A stretch of DNA of 37,768 nucleotides, taken from a virus (taxonomy: Duplodnaviria > Heunggongvirae > Uroviricota > Caudoviricetes). Made by a program: the position numbers and the translations under genes. Under the pieces are notes generated by a model. It searched no databases and had not been told where the DNA came from. It saw only the letters and a program-made list of their open reading frames with translations. Below are positions 1 through 11,330 of this stretch, piece by piece. Location of the stretch: the IMG/VR virus record IMGVR_UViG_2526164599_000010, one strand, 5' to 3'. Position 1 is the first letter of the stretch, and the number at the start of each line of letters is the position of its first letter.

Positions 1-211
1 ACCAGTGCCACTGACAGCCCCAGTGAAACGCTGGCAGCCACCGCAAAAGCGGTGAAAATTGCGATGGATAATGCCAATGCCCGTCTGGCAAAAGCCGGAA
101 CGGAGCAGATATTCCCAATAAGCCGCTGTTTATCCAAAACGTCGGTTTACAGGAAACGGTAAATCAGGCTTCTGGCGCATTACAGAAAAACCAGAATGGC
201 GCAGATATTCC
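1..211. repeat. Inverted-repeat arm (gin-proximal side) of the invertible tail-fibre segment; mirrors 5499..5710
   Basis: By eye: 1..94 equals the reverse complement of 5617..5710 and 95..185 equals the reverse complement of 5525..5615; a single A is missing between 94/95 relative to the partner; identity decays at 186..211. Repeat reaches the window edge, so true length is unknown. Confidence 0.9.
130..155. other. gix-like recombination site (gixR-like) for a Gin/Hin-family invertase
   Basis: Sequence TTATCCAAAACGTCGGTTTACAGGAA: 26-bp imperfect palindrome with half-sites TTATCCAAAAC / GTTTACAGGAA, matching the recalled gix/hix architecture; identical inverted copy at 5555..5580. Confidence 0.8.
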
Positions 212-772
212 AAACAAAGATAAATTTACGCAAACAATAGGTGCTTGCCGCTCTTTTCATGGTGCTATTAGCACAGGTGCAGGAAACTGGACGACGGCAC
301 AATTGATTGAATGGCTGGATTCTCAAGGGGCATTCAATCACCCATACTGGATGTGCAAATGTTCATGGTCATACGGCAATAATAAAATTATTACCGATAC
401 TGGCTGTGGAACTATTCATCTTGCAGGTTGCGTTATTGAGGTTATGGGTAATAAAGGAGCCATGACCATCCGTGTAACCACCCCGAGCACTTCCAGCGGT
501 GGCGGAATTACTAACGCTCAATTCACTTATATTAATCATGGTGATGCTTATGCTCCTGGCTGGCGACGAGACTACAACACGAAAAACCAGCAGCCTGCAT
601 TTGCTTTAGGGCAAACAGGAAGCACTGTCGGAAATGATAAAGCTGTTGGCTGGAACTGGAATAGCGGGGTCTATAACGCAAATATTGGTGGCGCAACAAC
701 ATTAATCCTACATTTCAATATGAATACGGGGAGCTGCCCTGCTGTACAGTTCCGCGTGAATTACAGGAACGG
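156..772 (+). pseudogene. S': Alternative tail-fibre variable part S'v, 5' fragment (interrupted by IS insertion)
   Basis: Open frame (phase 0) from 72 to the IS junction at 772; same phase relative to gix as Sv on the other arm; track ORF 303..800 is this frame read through into 9 IS-encoded codons. Continues in frame at 2901 once the IS and one ACGG copy are removed. Confidence 0.8.
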
Positions 773-822
773 TGTCAGCGCCAATGATATAAGACAGTAA
801 TTCACCATTTGGATTGTCCGCT
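773..822. repeat. IS21-family left terminal inverted repeat region
   Basis: TGTCAGCGCCAATGAT...CACCATTTGGATTGTCCGCT matches the reverse complement of the right end (TGTCAACGCCAAGAT...CGCCATTTTTAATGTCCGCT). Confidence 0.7.
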
Positions 823-873
823 CCACCCAACATGTTGTTTCCTTAAGGTTCCTACACCACAAAGGGAACACTC

Positions 874-2045
874 ATGCTGAGCAGAGAGGATTTTTACATG
901 ATAAAGCAAATGCGCCAGCAAGGTGCGTATATTGTTGATATTGCCACTCAGGTTGGTTGCTCTGAGCGGACCGTCAGACGGTACCTGAAATACCCGGAAC
1001 CTCCGGCCAGAAAAACACGCCACAAAATGGCCAAACTCAAGCCGTTCATGGACTATATAGATATGCGTCTGGCTGAGAACGTCTGGAACGGCGAGGTCAT
1101 CCTGGCGGAAATCAAAGCGATGGGTTATACCGGTGGCCGTTCCATGTTGCGCTACTACATCCAGCCCAAACGTAAGATGCGGCCATCGAAGAAAACGGTT
1201 CGCTTCGAAACTCAGCCCGGTTACCAGCTACAGCATGACTGGGGAGAAGTTGAGGCTGAGGTTGCCGGGCAACGATGCAGGGTTAACTTCGCGGTTAATA
1301 CGCTGGGGTTCTCACGTCGCTTCCATGTCTTCGCGGCACCAAAGCAGGATGCTGAACATACCTATGAGTCACTGGTCCGCGCCTTTCGCTACTTCGGCGG
1401 TAGCGTGAAAACCGTGCTGGTCGATAACCAGAAAGCCGCAGTTCTGAAAAATAACAATGGGAAGGTGGTGTTCAACTCCGGGTTCCTGCTGCTGGCCGAT
1501 CACTATGGCTTCCTGCCACGGGCCTGCCGTCCACGAAGGGCCAGAACCAAAGGTAAGGTTGAACGGATGGTGAAATACCTCAAGGAAAACTTCTTCGTCC
1601 GGTACCGCCGGTTCGACAGCTTCGCCCATGTTAACCAGCTACTGGAGCAGTGGATGGCTGACGTTGCTGACAGGCGAGAACTTCGCCAGTTCAGGCAGAC
1701 ACCGGAACAGCGCTTCACGCAGGAACAGGAGCATCTGCATCCGCTGCCGGGTACGGACTTCGATACCAGCTATTTCGATATCCGTCATGTCTCCTGGGAT
1801 GGCTATATCGAGGTTGGCGGGAACCGTTACAGCGTACCGGAAAGCCTGTGTGGCCAGCCGGTATCAATACGGATCTCGCTGGATGATGAACTACGGATCT
1901 ACAGTAATGAGCAACAGGTAGCATCGCACCGTCTCTGTTCGGCTGCATCCAGCTGGCAAACCGTGCCGGAGCATCACGCCCCACTCTGGCGGCAGGTCAG
2001 TCAGGTGGAACACAGACCGTTGAGTACGTATGAGGAGCTGTTGTG

Positions 2046-2046
<1 letters not shown>
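874..2046 (+). CDS. istA: IS21-family transposase IstA
   Basis: 390-aa ORF with N-terminal HTH-like region (MLSREDFYMIKQMRQQGAYIVDIATQVGCSERTVRRYL) and integrase-core region; stop overlaps the istB ATG (TGATG at 2044..2048). Confidence 0.9.
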
Positions 2047-2839
<793 letters not shown>

Positions 2840-2846
2840 TGACCAA

Positions 2847-2896
2847 TAGCGGACATTAAAAATGGCGAAAAACGGCCAATAATCTTGGCGTTGACA
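2847..2896. repeat. IS21-family right terminal inverted repeat region
   Basis: Reverse complement aligns with the left end 773..822; ends ...GTTGACA immediately followed by the ACGG target duplication. Confidence 0.7.
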
Positions 2897-2900
2897 ACGG

Positions 2901-3222
2901 CGGTATTTTTTATCGTTCAGCGCGTGATGGTTATGGATTTGAGGTTGACTGGTCAGAGTTTTACACCACGACCCGCAAACCCTCTGCGGGAGATGTTGGT
3001 GCATACACGCAGGCAGAATGTAACTCAAGGTTTATTACAGGTGTTCGCCTTGGCGGTCTGTCATCTGTTCAGACATGGAATGGTCCCGGCTGGTCTGACA
3101 GGTCAGGTTATGTCGTTACGGGTTCAGTTAACGGAAACCGTGATGAATTAATTGATACAACTCAGGCAAGGCCAATTCAGTATTGCATTAATGGAACATG
3201 GTATAACGCGGGGAGTATTTAA
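2901..3222 (+). pseudogene. S': Alternative tail-fibre variable part S'v, 3' fragment
   Basis: Phase-1 frame GGIFYRSARDGYGFEVDWSEF...RPIQYCINGTWYNAGSI* ending at TAA 3220..3222; C-terminus parallels the S C-terminus (..[12 protein letters not shown]); joins in frame to 156..772 across the IS. Confidence 0.8.
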
Positions 3223-3224
3223 CG

Positions 3225-3758
3225 ATGATGCACTTAAAAAACATTACTGCTGGCAACCCTAAAACAAAAGAGCAATACCAGCTAACGAAACAATTTAACA
3301 TCAAATGGCTTTATACAGAGGATGGGAAAAACTGGTATGAGGAACAAAAGAACTTTCAGCCTGATACGTTGAAAATAGTCTATGACCACAACGACGTTAT
3401 TATTTGTATTGAAAAGGATGTTTCAGCAATTAATCCGGAAGGCGCAAGCGTCGTTGAGGTTCCTGATATTACAGCAAATCGCCGGGCTGATATTTCGGGT
3501 AAATGGATGTTCAAAGATGGCGTAGTGATAAAGCGAACTTATACCGAGGAGGAACAGAGGCAGCAGGCAGAGAATGAAAAGCAAAGCCTGTTGCAACTTG
3601 TCAGGGATAAAACCCAGCTATGGGACTCACAGCTACGGCTGGGCATCATTTCCGACGAGAATAAACAAAAATTAACAGAGTGGATGCTCTTTGCGCAGAA
3701 AGTCGAATCTACAGACACTTCCAGCTTGCCAGTAACGTTTCCCGAACAACCAGAATGA
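3225..3758 (+). CDS. U': Tail-fibre assembly protein U' (partner of S')
   Basis: 177-aa ORF MMHLKNITAGNPKTKEQYQL...; paralogue of the adjacent convergent U ([20 protein letters not shown]...); position as in the Mu G segment. Confidence 0.85.
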   Translation: MMHLKNITAGNPKTKEQYQLTKQFNIKWLYTEDGKNWYEEQKNFQPDTLKIVYDHNDVIICIEKDVSAINPEGASVVEVPDITANRRADISGKWMFKDGVVIKRTYTEEEQRQQAENEKQSLLQLVRDKTQLWDSQLRLGIISDENKQKLTEWMLFAQKVESTDTSSLPVTFPEQPE

Positions 3759-3761
3759 GAG

Positions 3762-3781
3762 AAGGCCCGATATCGGGCCTT
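3762..3781. terminator. Bidirectional stem-loop terminator between convergent U' and U at the centre of the invertible segment
   Basis: AAGGCCCGA-TA-TCGGGCCTT perfect 9-bp stem, followed by AATTTTT on the + strand; sits between the U' stop (3756..3758) and the U stop (3787..3789). Confidence 0.7.
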
Positions 3782-3786
3782 AATTT

Positions 3787-4314
3787 TTACTCAGGCTTTT
3801 GTGGCCATTCGGGCTTTGCCGTATCCACACGGCTGACCAGAACGCTGTAGCGCTCCCAGGCTTCCAGTCGTGTACGTTCCTCATCTGTTGCCATATTCAG
3901 CCTGACAGCGCGTTCCAGTGGCTGAATAACGCTTTCCGCTTCGGAAAGTAACGCGGCCTTTTGTGATTCGGCCTGTTGTTGCTGTTCTTCTGCCGTATAA
4001 ATCCGTTTAACCACAGCACCATCCTTAAACATCCATTTACCTGAGTCGTCAGCACGTCGGTTGGAGGTAATATCAGGAACCTCAACAACGCTAAAACCTT
4101 CAGGATTAAGCGTTGAAGCATCTCTGGTGATAGCGACAATAATATTATTTTCATCGTAAACAATCTTTATTGTGTCTGACTGAAAGTTCTTCACTTCCTC
4201 ATACCAGTTTTTCCCGTCTTCAGTGTAAAGCCAGATGACTCCATGCTTCTTTGTTAACTCATACTGTTCCAGTGTTTTAGCGTTACCCGCTTTTATGTTC
4301 TTTAAGTGCATCAT
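3787..4314 (-). CDS. U: Tail-fibre assembly protein U
   Basis: 175-aa ORF; immediately downstream of S; paralogous to U'. Confidence 0.85.
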   Translation of the reverse strand: MMHLKNIKAGNAKTLEQYELTKKHGVIWLYTEDGKNWYEEVKNFQSDTIKIVYDENNIIVAITRDASTLNPEGFSVVEVPDITSNRRADDSGKWMFKDGAVVKRIYTAEEQQQQAESQKAALLSEAESVIQPLERAVRLNMATDEERTRLEAWERYSVLVSRVDTAKPEWPQKPE

Positions 4315-4315
4315 A

Positions 4316-6076
4316 TTAAACGCTCGCTACATTATACCATGTGCCATTTATATACTTTTGAACGGGTCTGTAATAAACACCCGCAATATTATCGGCGGAG
4401 TTGGAACCTGTATCCTGAACATTTATACCAGACAATACATGACCTGAAGGGCACTGGAAGTTCCATGTTTGCCAGTTGTTCACACCATAATATTGCTGTG
4501 AGCCAAGCCGAACATCTTTCACATATCTGGAATCAATGTTACCCCAGTTGCTTGGTTGTATCTGACCGTTTACAGCAAATGTCACCGAGTTATCTGTATT
4601 TCGCTGACTATAGAAATGCCAGCCTGAATCATCACCAAGCTCTGCAACAGTTGGTCTTGACGAATTTCCCCACAAGTTAAATGATGCATTACGGGCAGCG
4701 GTATTTGCACTTGAAAGTGTGAAGAACTTACTTTCCCCAGCCTGAATACCCTTTAATGATCTTGCTGAACCATTTATAAAGCGGAATACATGCACACCAT
4801 TAGCATAAGCATCCAGCACCCCATCACCATTTTGTTTAAACCCGGTATCGTTATCTCCTAAAACTATTGAATTGCCACCCAGGGCATTAGCCGTTCCAAT
4901 CCCCAGATTTCCGCTAAAAATGGCATTAATACCGAATATTGAGTGAGAACAATAAAACCCTCGCCCATTGTTAAAATCCAGAATAGCTTGTGCGTTCGTG
5001 CTTTCTGTCGCGGGATTAGTTGCTCCCCACTTATATGTTGTTTGACCGACAGTATAATCCTGAGTTGGAACAATAACCGTTAGCCCTTCTTCAGCAGAAA
5101 CCCGCACAGGAAAAGCCCTGCCTTCAACGTAAAAAACGCTGCATACATCATCTTCTTTAAGGCTTGTTACAATGGAATGGATTGCGCGCTCATTAGTCTG
5201 ATACGTCGAAAAATAACCTGCCGCATATGAACCACGATCAGTCCAGCCACCAGGCATTACCATTCCATTGAATTCGCAGTTATTCATTGCGTAATCACCA
5301 CTGGCAGATGTGGTCGTTATAATCACTCTGGAAGCCAGCTCGCCAGTGCTGCCTGTGGAACGCCGGAAAATAACTGGATACCACTTTCCACCAACTGCAT
5401 TAGACGGCGCATTAAATGCGTACTGCCGCATTCCTTTTTTCTTATCCACCTCGCCTTTGCTGTAAACATTAATGTTACTCAGGAAGCGATCCTTATCAGG
5501 AATATCCGCGCCGTTCTGGTTTTTTTGTAATGCGCCAGAAGCCTGATTTACCGTTTCCTGTAAACCGACGTTTTGGATAAACAGCGGCTTATTGGGAATA
5601 TCTGCTCCGTTCCGGTCTTTTGCCAGACGGGCATTGGCATTATCCATCGCAATTTTCACCGCTTTTGCGGTGGCTGCCAGCGTTTCACTGGGGCTGTCAG
5701 TGGCACTGGTTAGCTGAACGAGTCCTTTTTTGTTCAGGCTGGCATCATAGATATCCAGATTTTCACGTGCTGTACGCTGTGCTGATGCCCCGGCAGTTTT
5801 AATTTCGCTGAGGTTATTTTTTATCAGCAGCGCGTTATTGCTCATAATGGCTTTAATGGACAGTGCAAGCTGGTTTAATTTTGTTTTATCCGGTTGAATA
5901 CCGGCTTCTTCCAGCGTGTTTAATAACTCCGCCTGCACAATATTAAACCAGTCCATGCCGGGCCATGTGATAACATTATTCCCGTCACCTTCTGAAAACC
6001 AGCGAACGATAGCACTACGCTGGGCGGATACGGGCGGCATGACGGTTACGCCGCTGTCGTTATCAATATAAAACAT
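4316..6076 (-). CDS. S: Tail fibre protein S (constant part Sc fused to variable part Sv across the gix site; the S-U expressing orientation)
   Basis: 586-aa ORF running continuously through gixL (5555..5580); N-terminus [26 protein letters not shown]; Gly/Asn-rich C-terminal region typical of fibre tips. Confidence 0.85.
   Translation of the reverse strand: MFYIDNDSGVTVMPPVSAQRSAIVRWFSEGDGNNVITWPGMDWFNIVQAELLNTLEEAGIQPDKTKLNQLALSIKAIMSNNALLIKNNLSEIKTAGASAQRTARENLDIYDASLNKKGLVQLTSATDSPSETLAATAKAVKIAMDNANARLAKDRNGADIPNKPLFIQNVGLQETVNQASGALQKNQNGADIPDKDRFLSNINVYSKGEVDKKKGMRQYAFNAPSNAVGGKWYPVIFRRSTGSTGELASRVIITTTSASGDYAMNNCEFNGMVMPGGWTDRGSYAAGYFSTYQTNERAIHSIVTSLKEDDVCSVFYVEGRAFPVRVSAEEGLTVIVPTQDYTVGQTTYKWGATNPATESTNAQAILDFNNGRGFYCSHSIFGINAIFSGNLGIGTANALGGNSIVLGDNDTGFKQNGDGVLDAYANGVHVFRFINGSARSLKGIQAGESKFFTLSSANTAARNASFNLWGNSSRPTVAELGDDSGWHFYSQRNTDNSVTFAVNGQIQPSNWGNIDSRYVKDVRLGSQQYYGVNNWQTWNFQCPSGHVLSGINVQDTGSNSADNIAGVYYRPVQKYINGTWYNVASV
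5499..5710. repeat. Inverted-repeat arm (S side) of the invertible segment; partner of 1..211
   Basis: See the 1..211 entry; this copy keeps the S reading frame intact. Confidence 0.9.
5555..5580. other. gix-like recombination site (gixL-like) inside the S coding sequence
   Basis: TTCCTGTAAACCGACGTTTTGGATAA, exact reverse complement of the site at 130..155. Confidence 0.8.
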
Positions 6077-6618
6077 TAGTTATCTCCGTCATGGTAAACA
6101 AATTTATAAATCTGATGCGCGGGTTTATATTTCTCCAGTAAACATTCCAGCGCACCCGATTCATAAACACGTAACGGCGTCAGAACATTATCCAGCACCG
6201 TTGCGTTGCGATAATTTTTAATACCGTAAATATTGACCTGCGTAACCCACTGGCCTTCTGTGGAATCCGTCAGCCTGACGGTAAAACCGTACTGCGCAGC
6301 CAGCCATTCATAAAAGCGCCGACTCAGATTGCCGGTCATACGCATTTTATTCGCGGCAGCCCGCTGGCGTTCGGACAGGGTGCCGTTTTCGCTTGTACAG
6401 TCCGGCAACCCCAGAAATGATTCCCACTCACCCAGATACCAGCGGGATGTGGACGGGAAACGCTCCCGCAGCATTTGTCGCGCATCATCCGCCGCAGTGG
6501 CAATCACGTCGCTGATGGCCTGCGCCAGCGCAGATAATTTGCTGTCGGGGCTTTTATTCCAGGCAAGCCCTGACGGCAGTAATTGCAGAAAGGCCGTCTG
6601 CCAGGGTGTTACAGCCAT
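6076..6618 (-). CDS. R: Tail/baseplate protein (Mu R position)
   Basis: 180-aa ORF; stop overlaps the S start; position in the Mu late-gene order W-R-S. Confidence 0.7.
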   Translation of the reverse strand: MAVTPWQTAFLQLLPSGLAWNKSPDSKLSALAQAISDVIATAADDARQMLRERFPSTSRWYLGEWESFLGLPDCTSENGTLSERQRAAANKMRMTGNLSRRFYEWLAAQYGFTVRLTDSTEGQWVTQVNIYGIKNYRNATVLDNVLTPLRVYESGALECLLEKYKPAHQIYKFVYHDGDN

Positions 6619-7691
6619 TCAATTGTCCCCGGTGTTAACAGTTCCGTATTCTCCGAACGCTGGATCTCTGTCGGGAAACGCACTTCAAAATCATCCAGAC
6701 CGGTAACACCTGCCACCGCACGGATAATACGGGAGGGGGCAAGTGCGCCGCCCGGCGTCACCTCATTAAAAAACATGGTATTAATGGCGTGGGTAATAGC
6801 CTGTTTCAGTTCGGCTGTCTTCGGTGATATATAAATCCGTGGATTTACCGGCTTTGCCTTTGGCGCAAATACAGTGACATTTACACCGTCAGGCTGTCCG
6901 ACAATCAGACCGGTGATCGGGTCAGTATGACCGGCGATATAATCTGCCACGCGTTCCACGTCTGCCGGTTGTGGAAAAATATTGCTCCGGTTATCCATAA
7001 CAAACGTCACCCCGACTGTGCCACCGCCTTTCCATGTCGGAAAACACCAGGCACGGGTAACGCCGCTGACTTCACGCGCCCAGCGGACGTAATCAAACTG
7101 ATTACCGCCGAACGGAGGATACTGGACACGATATTCCAGCCGTGACAGCAGCTCCGCTGCACTCTCAATATCAGCCCCACCGGAAAACCCTTTTACAGTG
7201 ATGGCATCGGAAACAACACAGGCAACCGGGGTGATCAACGTTAAAAGGGTATTCTCACCGGTATTTCCTGCTTCACCGGCAGCCAGTGCGGTAACGGTAA
7301 TTTCCGTCGTTCCTGCACGGTCAATCACAATGGCATCAGCCAGGCTGTAAACCACACCATCAGCACGCTGCCAGCGTGTACCGGCAGGAATGGTGGTCGC
7401 TGCCGATGTGGTGACAGTCAGCGGGCCGCTGGCGGCTGTCGCCTGTTTGCGGCGCACGCCCCAGAACCGGCAGTGCTCCAGCAACTCATCTTCATCTGCT
7501 GTCGACGGGATAATCTGCCGTCCAACCCATGAAATATGCTCGTGACAACCGGCAGCAAGGCCCGCCTGAGCATAAGCAATGGCACTCAGCGTTTTTTCAC
7601 GGGCCTGAGGCCAGCTACCCGGCAGGCGCTGTTCAATATTCTGTTCTGTACGGGCAATCAGCGATGATAATGTCGGTGGTGAATAAGCCAT
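6609..7691 (-). CDS. W: Baseplate protein (Mu W position, gpJ-like)
   Basis: 360-aa ORF; conserved Mu order; overlaps neighbours. Confidence 0.7.
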   Translation of the reverse strand: MAYSPPTLSSLIARTEQNIEQRLPGSWPQAREKTLSAIAYAQAGLAAGCHEHISWVGRQIIPSTADEDELLEHCRFWGVRRKQATAASGPLTVTTSAATTIPAGTRWQRADGVVYSLADAIVIDRAGTTEITVTALAAGEAGNTGENTLLTLITPVACVVSDAITVKGFSGGADIESAAELLSRLEYRVQYPPFGGNQFDYVRWAREVSGVTRAWCFPTWKGGGTVGVTFVMDNRSNIFPQPADVERVADYIAGHTDPITGLIVGQPDGVNVTVFAPKAKPVNPRIYISPKTAELKQAITHAINTMFFNEVTPGGALAPSRIIRAVAGVTGLDDFEVRFPTEIQRSENTELLTPGTIEWL

Positions 7692-8129
7692 TTAAACCCC
7701 GTTAAATGCTGCTTTAAACTCATAAGGAATAACGGAACCATCCGGTAATGTCAGTGCAATGTAGAGGTATAACCAGCCCTGATGTAACTGTTCCGCTCTG
7801 ACGTTAATCGCACTTACCCGGCCCGCTGTTTTCAGCCATTCCAGCGCCTCTTCGGCATACCCTCTGGCGCGTTCCAGCGTATCCGGCGTGGTTTTTTCAC
7901 GTGACAACAGCCACAACCGCGAACCGATGGGGCGGTCGCGGTAACTGTCCCCCCACCATCCACGGCGATCATCTGAACCATCCGGCAGCGTGTCAGAATC
8001 CAGCGCGCGCCGGTCGGTAAACAGGGAGATTGTCACATCGGTTGTCAGGCTGTCGTCGGTCAGCATATCGATGCCATCCTGTGCAATATCGCCGCGTCCG
8101 TTCGTCCAGATAATGGCTAAATCGGTCAT
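7692..8129 (-). CDS. V: Baseplate protein (Mu V position)
   Basis: 145-aa ORF; conserved Mu order. Confidence 0.7.
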   Translation of the reverse strand: MTDLAIIWTNGRGDIAQDGIDMLTDDSLTTDVTISLFTDRRALDSDTLPDGSDDRRGWWGDSYRDRPIGSRLWLLSREKTTPDTLERARGYAEEALEWLKTAGRVSAINVRAEQLHQGWLYLYIALTLPDGSVIPYEFKAAFNGV

Positions 8130-8719
8130 TGCATCGGCCCCGTGGTTCCGCCGCTGTCGCCGCGGTGGATATGCTTATCCGTCGATTTGCCATTGATGAT
8201 GGCATCCGGGGCAGTAATATTGCTGTCGAACTGGCTTTTACCTTTAACGCCCAGACCTTTCTGGATCTCAACGTCGCCGGTAAACGTGGTTCTGGGTGTA
8301 TCAACGGTCATGCTTTCATCAGCGTAAATCTCAACCGTTTTACAGGTAATGATGCAGCGCCCGTCCTTTGTCAGCCTGATACGATGCCCCTCGTGGTGGT
8401 AAATGCCTGCATCACCCGGTTCAAGATTTGTCGGGCGGTAGCGGCGGTCTTCCACCACAACGGCAATCCCCTGATCACGTTGTGCACCCACACAGGCAAT
8501 CAGCGCCTCTGCGCCCGGCAGAGGAACGCTGAAATGCCCGTAATTTTGCAGGCGCTCCACTTCATCAGATTCCTCATCATCCAGCAGACCGACCTGCAGG
8601 TTCTGAACTTTTCGCCCGTCGTTAATCACGTTAACAACGGCACGCGCAAGCATCAGACGCACACGACGCATCAGCGGTGTCAGCAGGCGGTTCATGGCGG
8701 AATCATTTACTCTTTCCAC
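8126..8719 (-). CDS. Q: Baseplate hub/spike-like protein (Mu Q position)
   Basis: 197-aa ORF; ATGA-type overlap with V; conserved Mu order. Confidence 0.7.
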   Translation of the reverse strand: MERVNDSAMNRLLTPLMRRVRLMLARAVVNVINDGRKVQNLQVGLLDDEESDEVERLQNYGHFSVPLPGAEALIACVGAQRDQGIAVVVEDRRYRPTNLEPGDAGIYHHEGHRIRLTKDGRCIITCKTVEIYADESMTVDTPRTTFTGDVEIQKGLGVKGKSQFDSNITAPDAIINGKSTDKHIHRGDSGGTTGPMQ

Positions 8720-9846
8720 GGCGGCGTTTTCTCCGGGTGTCTGCGATAATAATCTTCAACCAGCGCATCAATACCGCCGTTACTGTCGCCGCCTTTCCTG
8801 TTTTTACGGTCGCTTTCAACCGGCACCAGAAAGCCTTCGCGTGGTGCAAGGCTGACGCGGGTTTTCAGCCCGTCCTGGTCATTCAGTATCAGGGTGACTT
8901 TGCTGACCAGTAATTCTGTGGTTTTGATGGCATATTTCGAGGCATCAATAGTGACCAGCAGGTTCGGCATCCAGAGTTGCCCGTCCTTGCGTGTCCATCC
9001 GTCAATTTCTGCCTCAAAGATGATGGATTTTGCCAGTCTGCGGCGTTGCTCACGCAGGGCGCGGGCCTGTGCATCCTTCGCCGTAATTTTGCTGTCGGCA
9101 ATGATGATCATCGGTCTGTAACGGGTCACATCACTGTCAGTGGCGGTCCCTTTCCGGGAGACGATACTTTTCGCATCAATATCATCACCCTCAGCACCGT
9201 TTGCGCGGGCATACCCCTTGACGGTGTATTCGCTGAACCGGTCGCGGAAGTCTTCCTCAAAATCCAGTGTCAGCAGGTTTTCTCCGAGAACCAGCTCATC
9301 AGTGGCTGTGCTGGCAGCCCGGCTGAATACCAGCTCTCCGGCGGCATTGCTGGTCATCAGTACACCGCGTGCGCGGGAGGCACGCACCAGCGCCTCATAA
9401 ACGGTTTCTGAATGGTCCAGCGTGAAGCCGGGAAAAACTGCCGAACTTTCCTTATCGGAAAGCTCCCAGCGAACGGTAACGCCATAAGGAGCGCACAGGT
9501 CACGCGCAATCTGCTCCAGTGTGCGGTTTTTCCACTGTCCGCCACTGTAAACGGCAGCACAGTCAATCAGGTCAGCCGTTTTGTCACGTCCGGCGACAGT
9601 GATTTTCATACTGTCAGCGGTCATCTGGCGTCGCCGTGAATCGATATAACCGGTGCAGATAATCTGCCCCCCGATTTCCAGCGTGAACGCCTTCCCCGGT
9701 GCCAGCCCGGATAAATCCGTACCCGGTGGCACGTTCACCCCCAGCTCAAAATATCCGGCTACGGATTCAATCGAGCGGGTGACAGAGACTGACGTCCAGC
9801 CGGTAAAAAGCCTGCCATCCGTTCGCAGCGTGACGGTATTACTCAT
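8707..9846 (-). CDS. P: Tail protein (Mu P position)
   Basis: 379-aa ORF; conserved Mu order. Confidence 0.7.
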   Translation of the reverse strand: MSNTVTLRTDGRLFTGWTSVSVTRSIESVAGYFELGVNVPPGTDLSGLAPGKAFTLEIGGQIICTGYIDSRRRQMTADSMKITVAGRDKTADLIDCAAVYSGGQWKNRTLEQIARDLCAPYGVTVRWELSDKESSAVFPGFTLDHSETVYEALVRASRARGVLMTSNAAGELVFSRAASTATDELVLGENLLTLDFEEDFRDRFSEYTVKGYARANGAEGDDIDAKSIVSRKGTATDSDVTRYRPMIIIADSKITAKDAQARALREQRRRLAKSIIFEAEIDGWTRKDGQLWMPNLLVTIDASKYAIKTTELLVSKVTLILNDQDGLKTRVSLAPREGFLVPVESDRKNRKGGDSNGGIDALVEDYYRRHPEKTPPWKE

Positions 9847-11326
9847 TAATCACCTCAATACTGACACCACCGGGAACAAACAACGGGTTGCTGATACCGT
9901 TCCTGCGGGCCAGCCGTTGCCAGTTCCGGCTGTTTCCTGTGTAACGGTACAGGGCCACCATTGCAGGCATCGTCTCCGGCAGGCGGTGCGTTTCACTGCC
10001 CGCCAGTTGCAGCCCGCGTTTTTCCAGGTCGGCAACAACCAGCAGACGCAGTTGCGTAAGCTGAACACTGTCTGTCGAAAAGCCCTGCTCAGATGCCGTC
10101 AGAATGACGGTATCCAGTGCAGCCCCCAGCATGGCGGCTGTTTTTCCGATATCGGACACACTTTCAAATACCGGGGGCGTGGCTGTACCACTGTCTGAAA
10201 AGGATACCTGTGAAAAACCGCTGTCCGGGGTTATGGCAGTTAACTGTAACTGTCCCTGTGTGACGGTAGCAGATGTGCTGCTGGCCCCGCTGGCTGTGCC
10301 GGTTGTGGTGGACGGAGCATCCAGTACAGGTGCACGGGCGGCATTATCCATCCGGCGACTGAAATCCAGTGCCGCAGTCAGTGCCTGGCTGGCAGCTTCT
10401 GCCCGGTATGTCTGCGCCGCTGCCAGCATGACGTAGTTCAGTGTGGCAATATTTTTTTCTGCAACCGGACTGTTGTACGAGGTTGTGATTGTCCCCTGTC
10501 TGCCTGCGGTGGCGGCATGGCGACGTTCGAATCGCTGCGCCAGACGGTTCCATGTGGAAAATGCTGTCCGGGTATCGCATAACGATGAAACGCCGGATAA
10601 CGCCCCCATCAGCGAGGAGGCCAGCATGGCAGGCTGGTTAATCAGGCTGGTCACAGAGCCTTTCATCGCAGAAAGTGACCCCATCAGGCCGCTGACAGTC
10701 TGGGTGATCCCCAGATTATCCACCGCATCACAGATATCATCGATGACACCGGTTACGGCATCCATTACGGCTGTTGCCGCCGCTGTGCCATCTTTTACGG
10801 TCTGCCAGACAGAGGACAGCGTATCTCCCAGAGAACCGGTTACAGCAACAGCCTGTGCCGGTACGGCTGCACTGGTGTCTGTTTCTGCGTCCGGGGCAGT
10901 ATCCTGCAACGACGGATAAACGGTAACGGTGAACGCGTAATAATTCAGTTCATCCGCTTTAGTGCGGCATTCCCATGAATCCACCATGACGTCCACAGTG
11001 CCGAAATCAGGATGTACCAGCTCACCGCTACCCGGAGCATCAAGAGCATCCATCAGCGCACCCGCTTCATCTCTGGCTGTTTCTGCGTTGCTGTTCAGAA
11101 TGCAGGCGCTGAATGTACGGGAGCGAAGCTTTTTCCCCAGGTCATTGACGCCGCCGGTATCACGTAACGGGTACTCGCGTTTAACCAGACGACGTCCGCC
11201 AGCCTGTTTTTGCTCCTCGATGACGAGAAACGGCACGTTACGGAACGTGCCTTTGCCGGTTGTTTTCTTACCACCGCTGATTTTATCCCGGACAGCATTA
11301 ACGGCATTTAAAGCATCTTCAAACAT
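9839..11326 (-). CDS. N: Tail protein, DNA-circularisation protein (Mu N position)
   Basis: 495-aa ORF directly downstream of the tape-measure gene; conserved Mu order. Confidence 0.7.
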   Translation of the reverse strand: MFEDALNAVNAVRDKISGGKKTTGKGTFRNVPFLVIEEQKQAGGRRLVKREYPLRDTGGVNDLGKKLRSRTFSACILNSNAETARDEAGALMDALDAPGSGELVHPDFGTVDVMVDSWECRTKADELNYYAFTVTVYPSLQDTAPDAETDTSAAVPAQAVAVTGSLGDTLSSVWQTVKDGTAAATAVMDAVTGVIDDICDAVDNLGITQTVSGLMGSLSAMKGSVTSLINQPAMLASSLMGALSGVSSLCDTRTAFSTWNRLAQRFERRHAATAGRQGTITTSYNSPVAEKNIATLNYVMLAAAQTYRAEAASQALTAALDFSRRMDNAARAPVLDAPSTTTGTASGASSTSATVTQGQLQLTAITPDSGFSQVSFSDSGTATPPVFESVSDIGKTAAMLGAALDTVILTASEQGFSTDSVQLTQLRLLVVADLEKRGLQLAGSETHRLPETMPAMVALYRYTGNSRNWQRLARRNGISNPLFVPGGVSIEVINE

Positions 11327-11330
11327 GGTT

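Noticed and set aside
802-1023. 73-aa minus-strand ORF spanning the IS left end and the istA start
   Set aside because: Overlaps the IS terminal repeat and the istA 5' end on the opposite strand; no support as a gene.
2885-3151. 88-aa ORF after the IS
   Set aside because: It is the wrong frame of the S'v 3' fragment; the frame that ends ..INGTWYNAGSI (2901..3222) parallels the S C-terminus and joins in phase with the S'v 5' fragment.
8129-8749. 206-aa + strand ORF, and similar + strand ORFs throughout 6000..27000
   Set aside because: All overlap well-supported minus-strand late genes; their composition (Arg/Ala/Gly/Cys-rich) is typical of antisense reading of GC-rich coding DNA.
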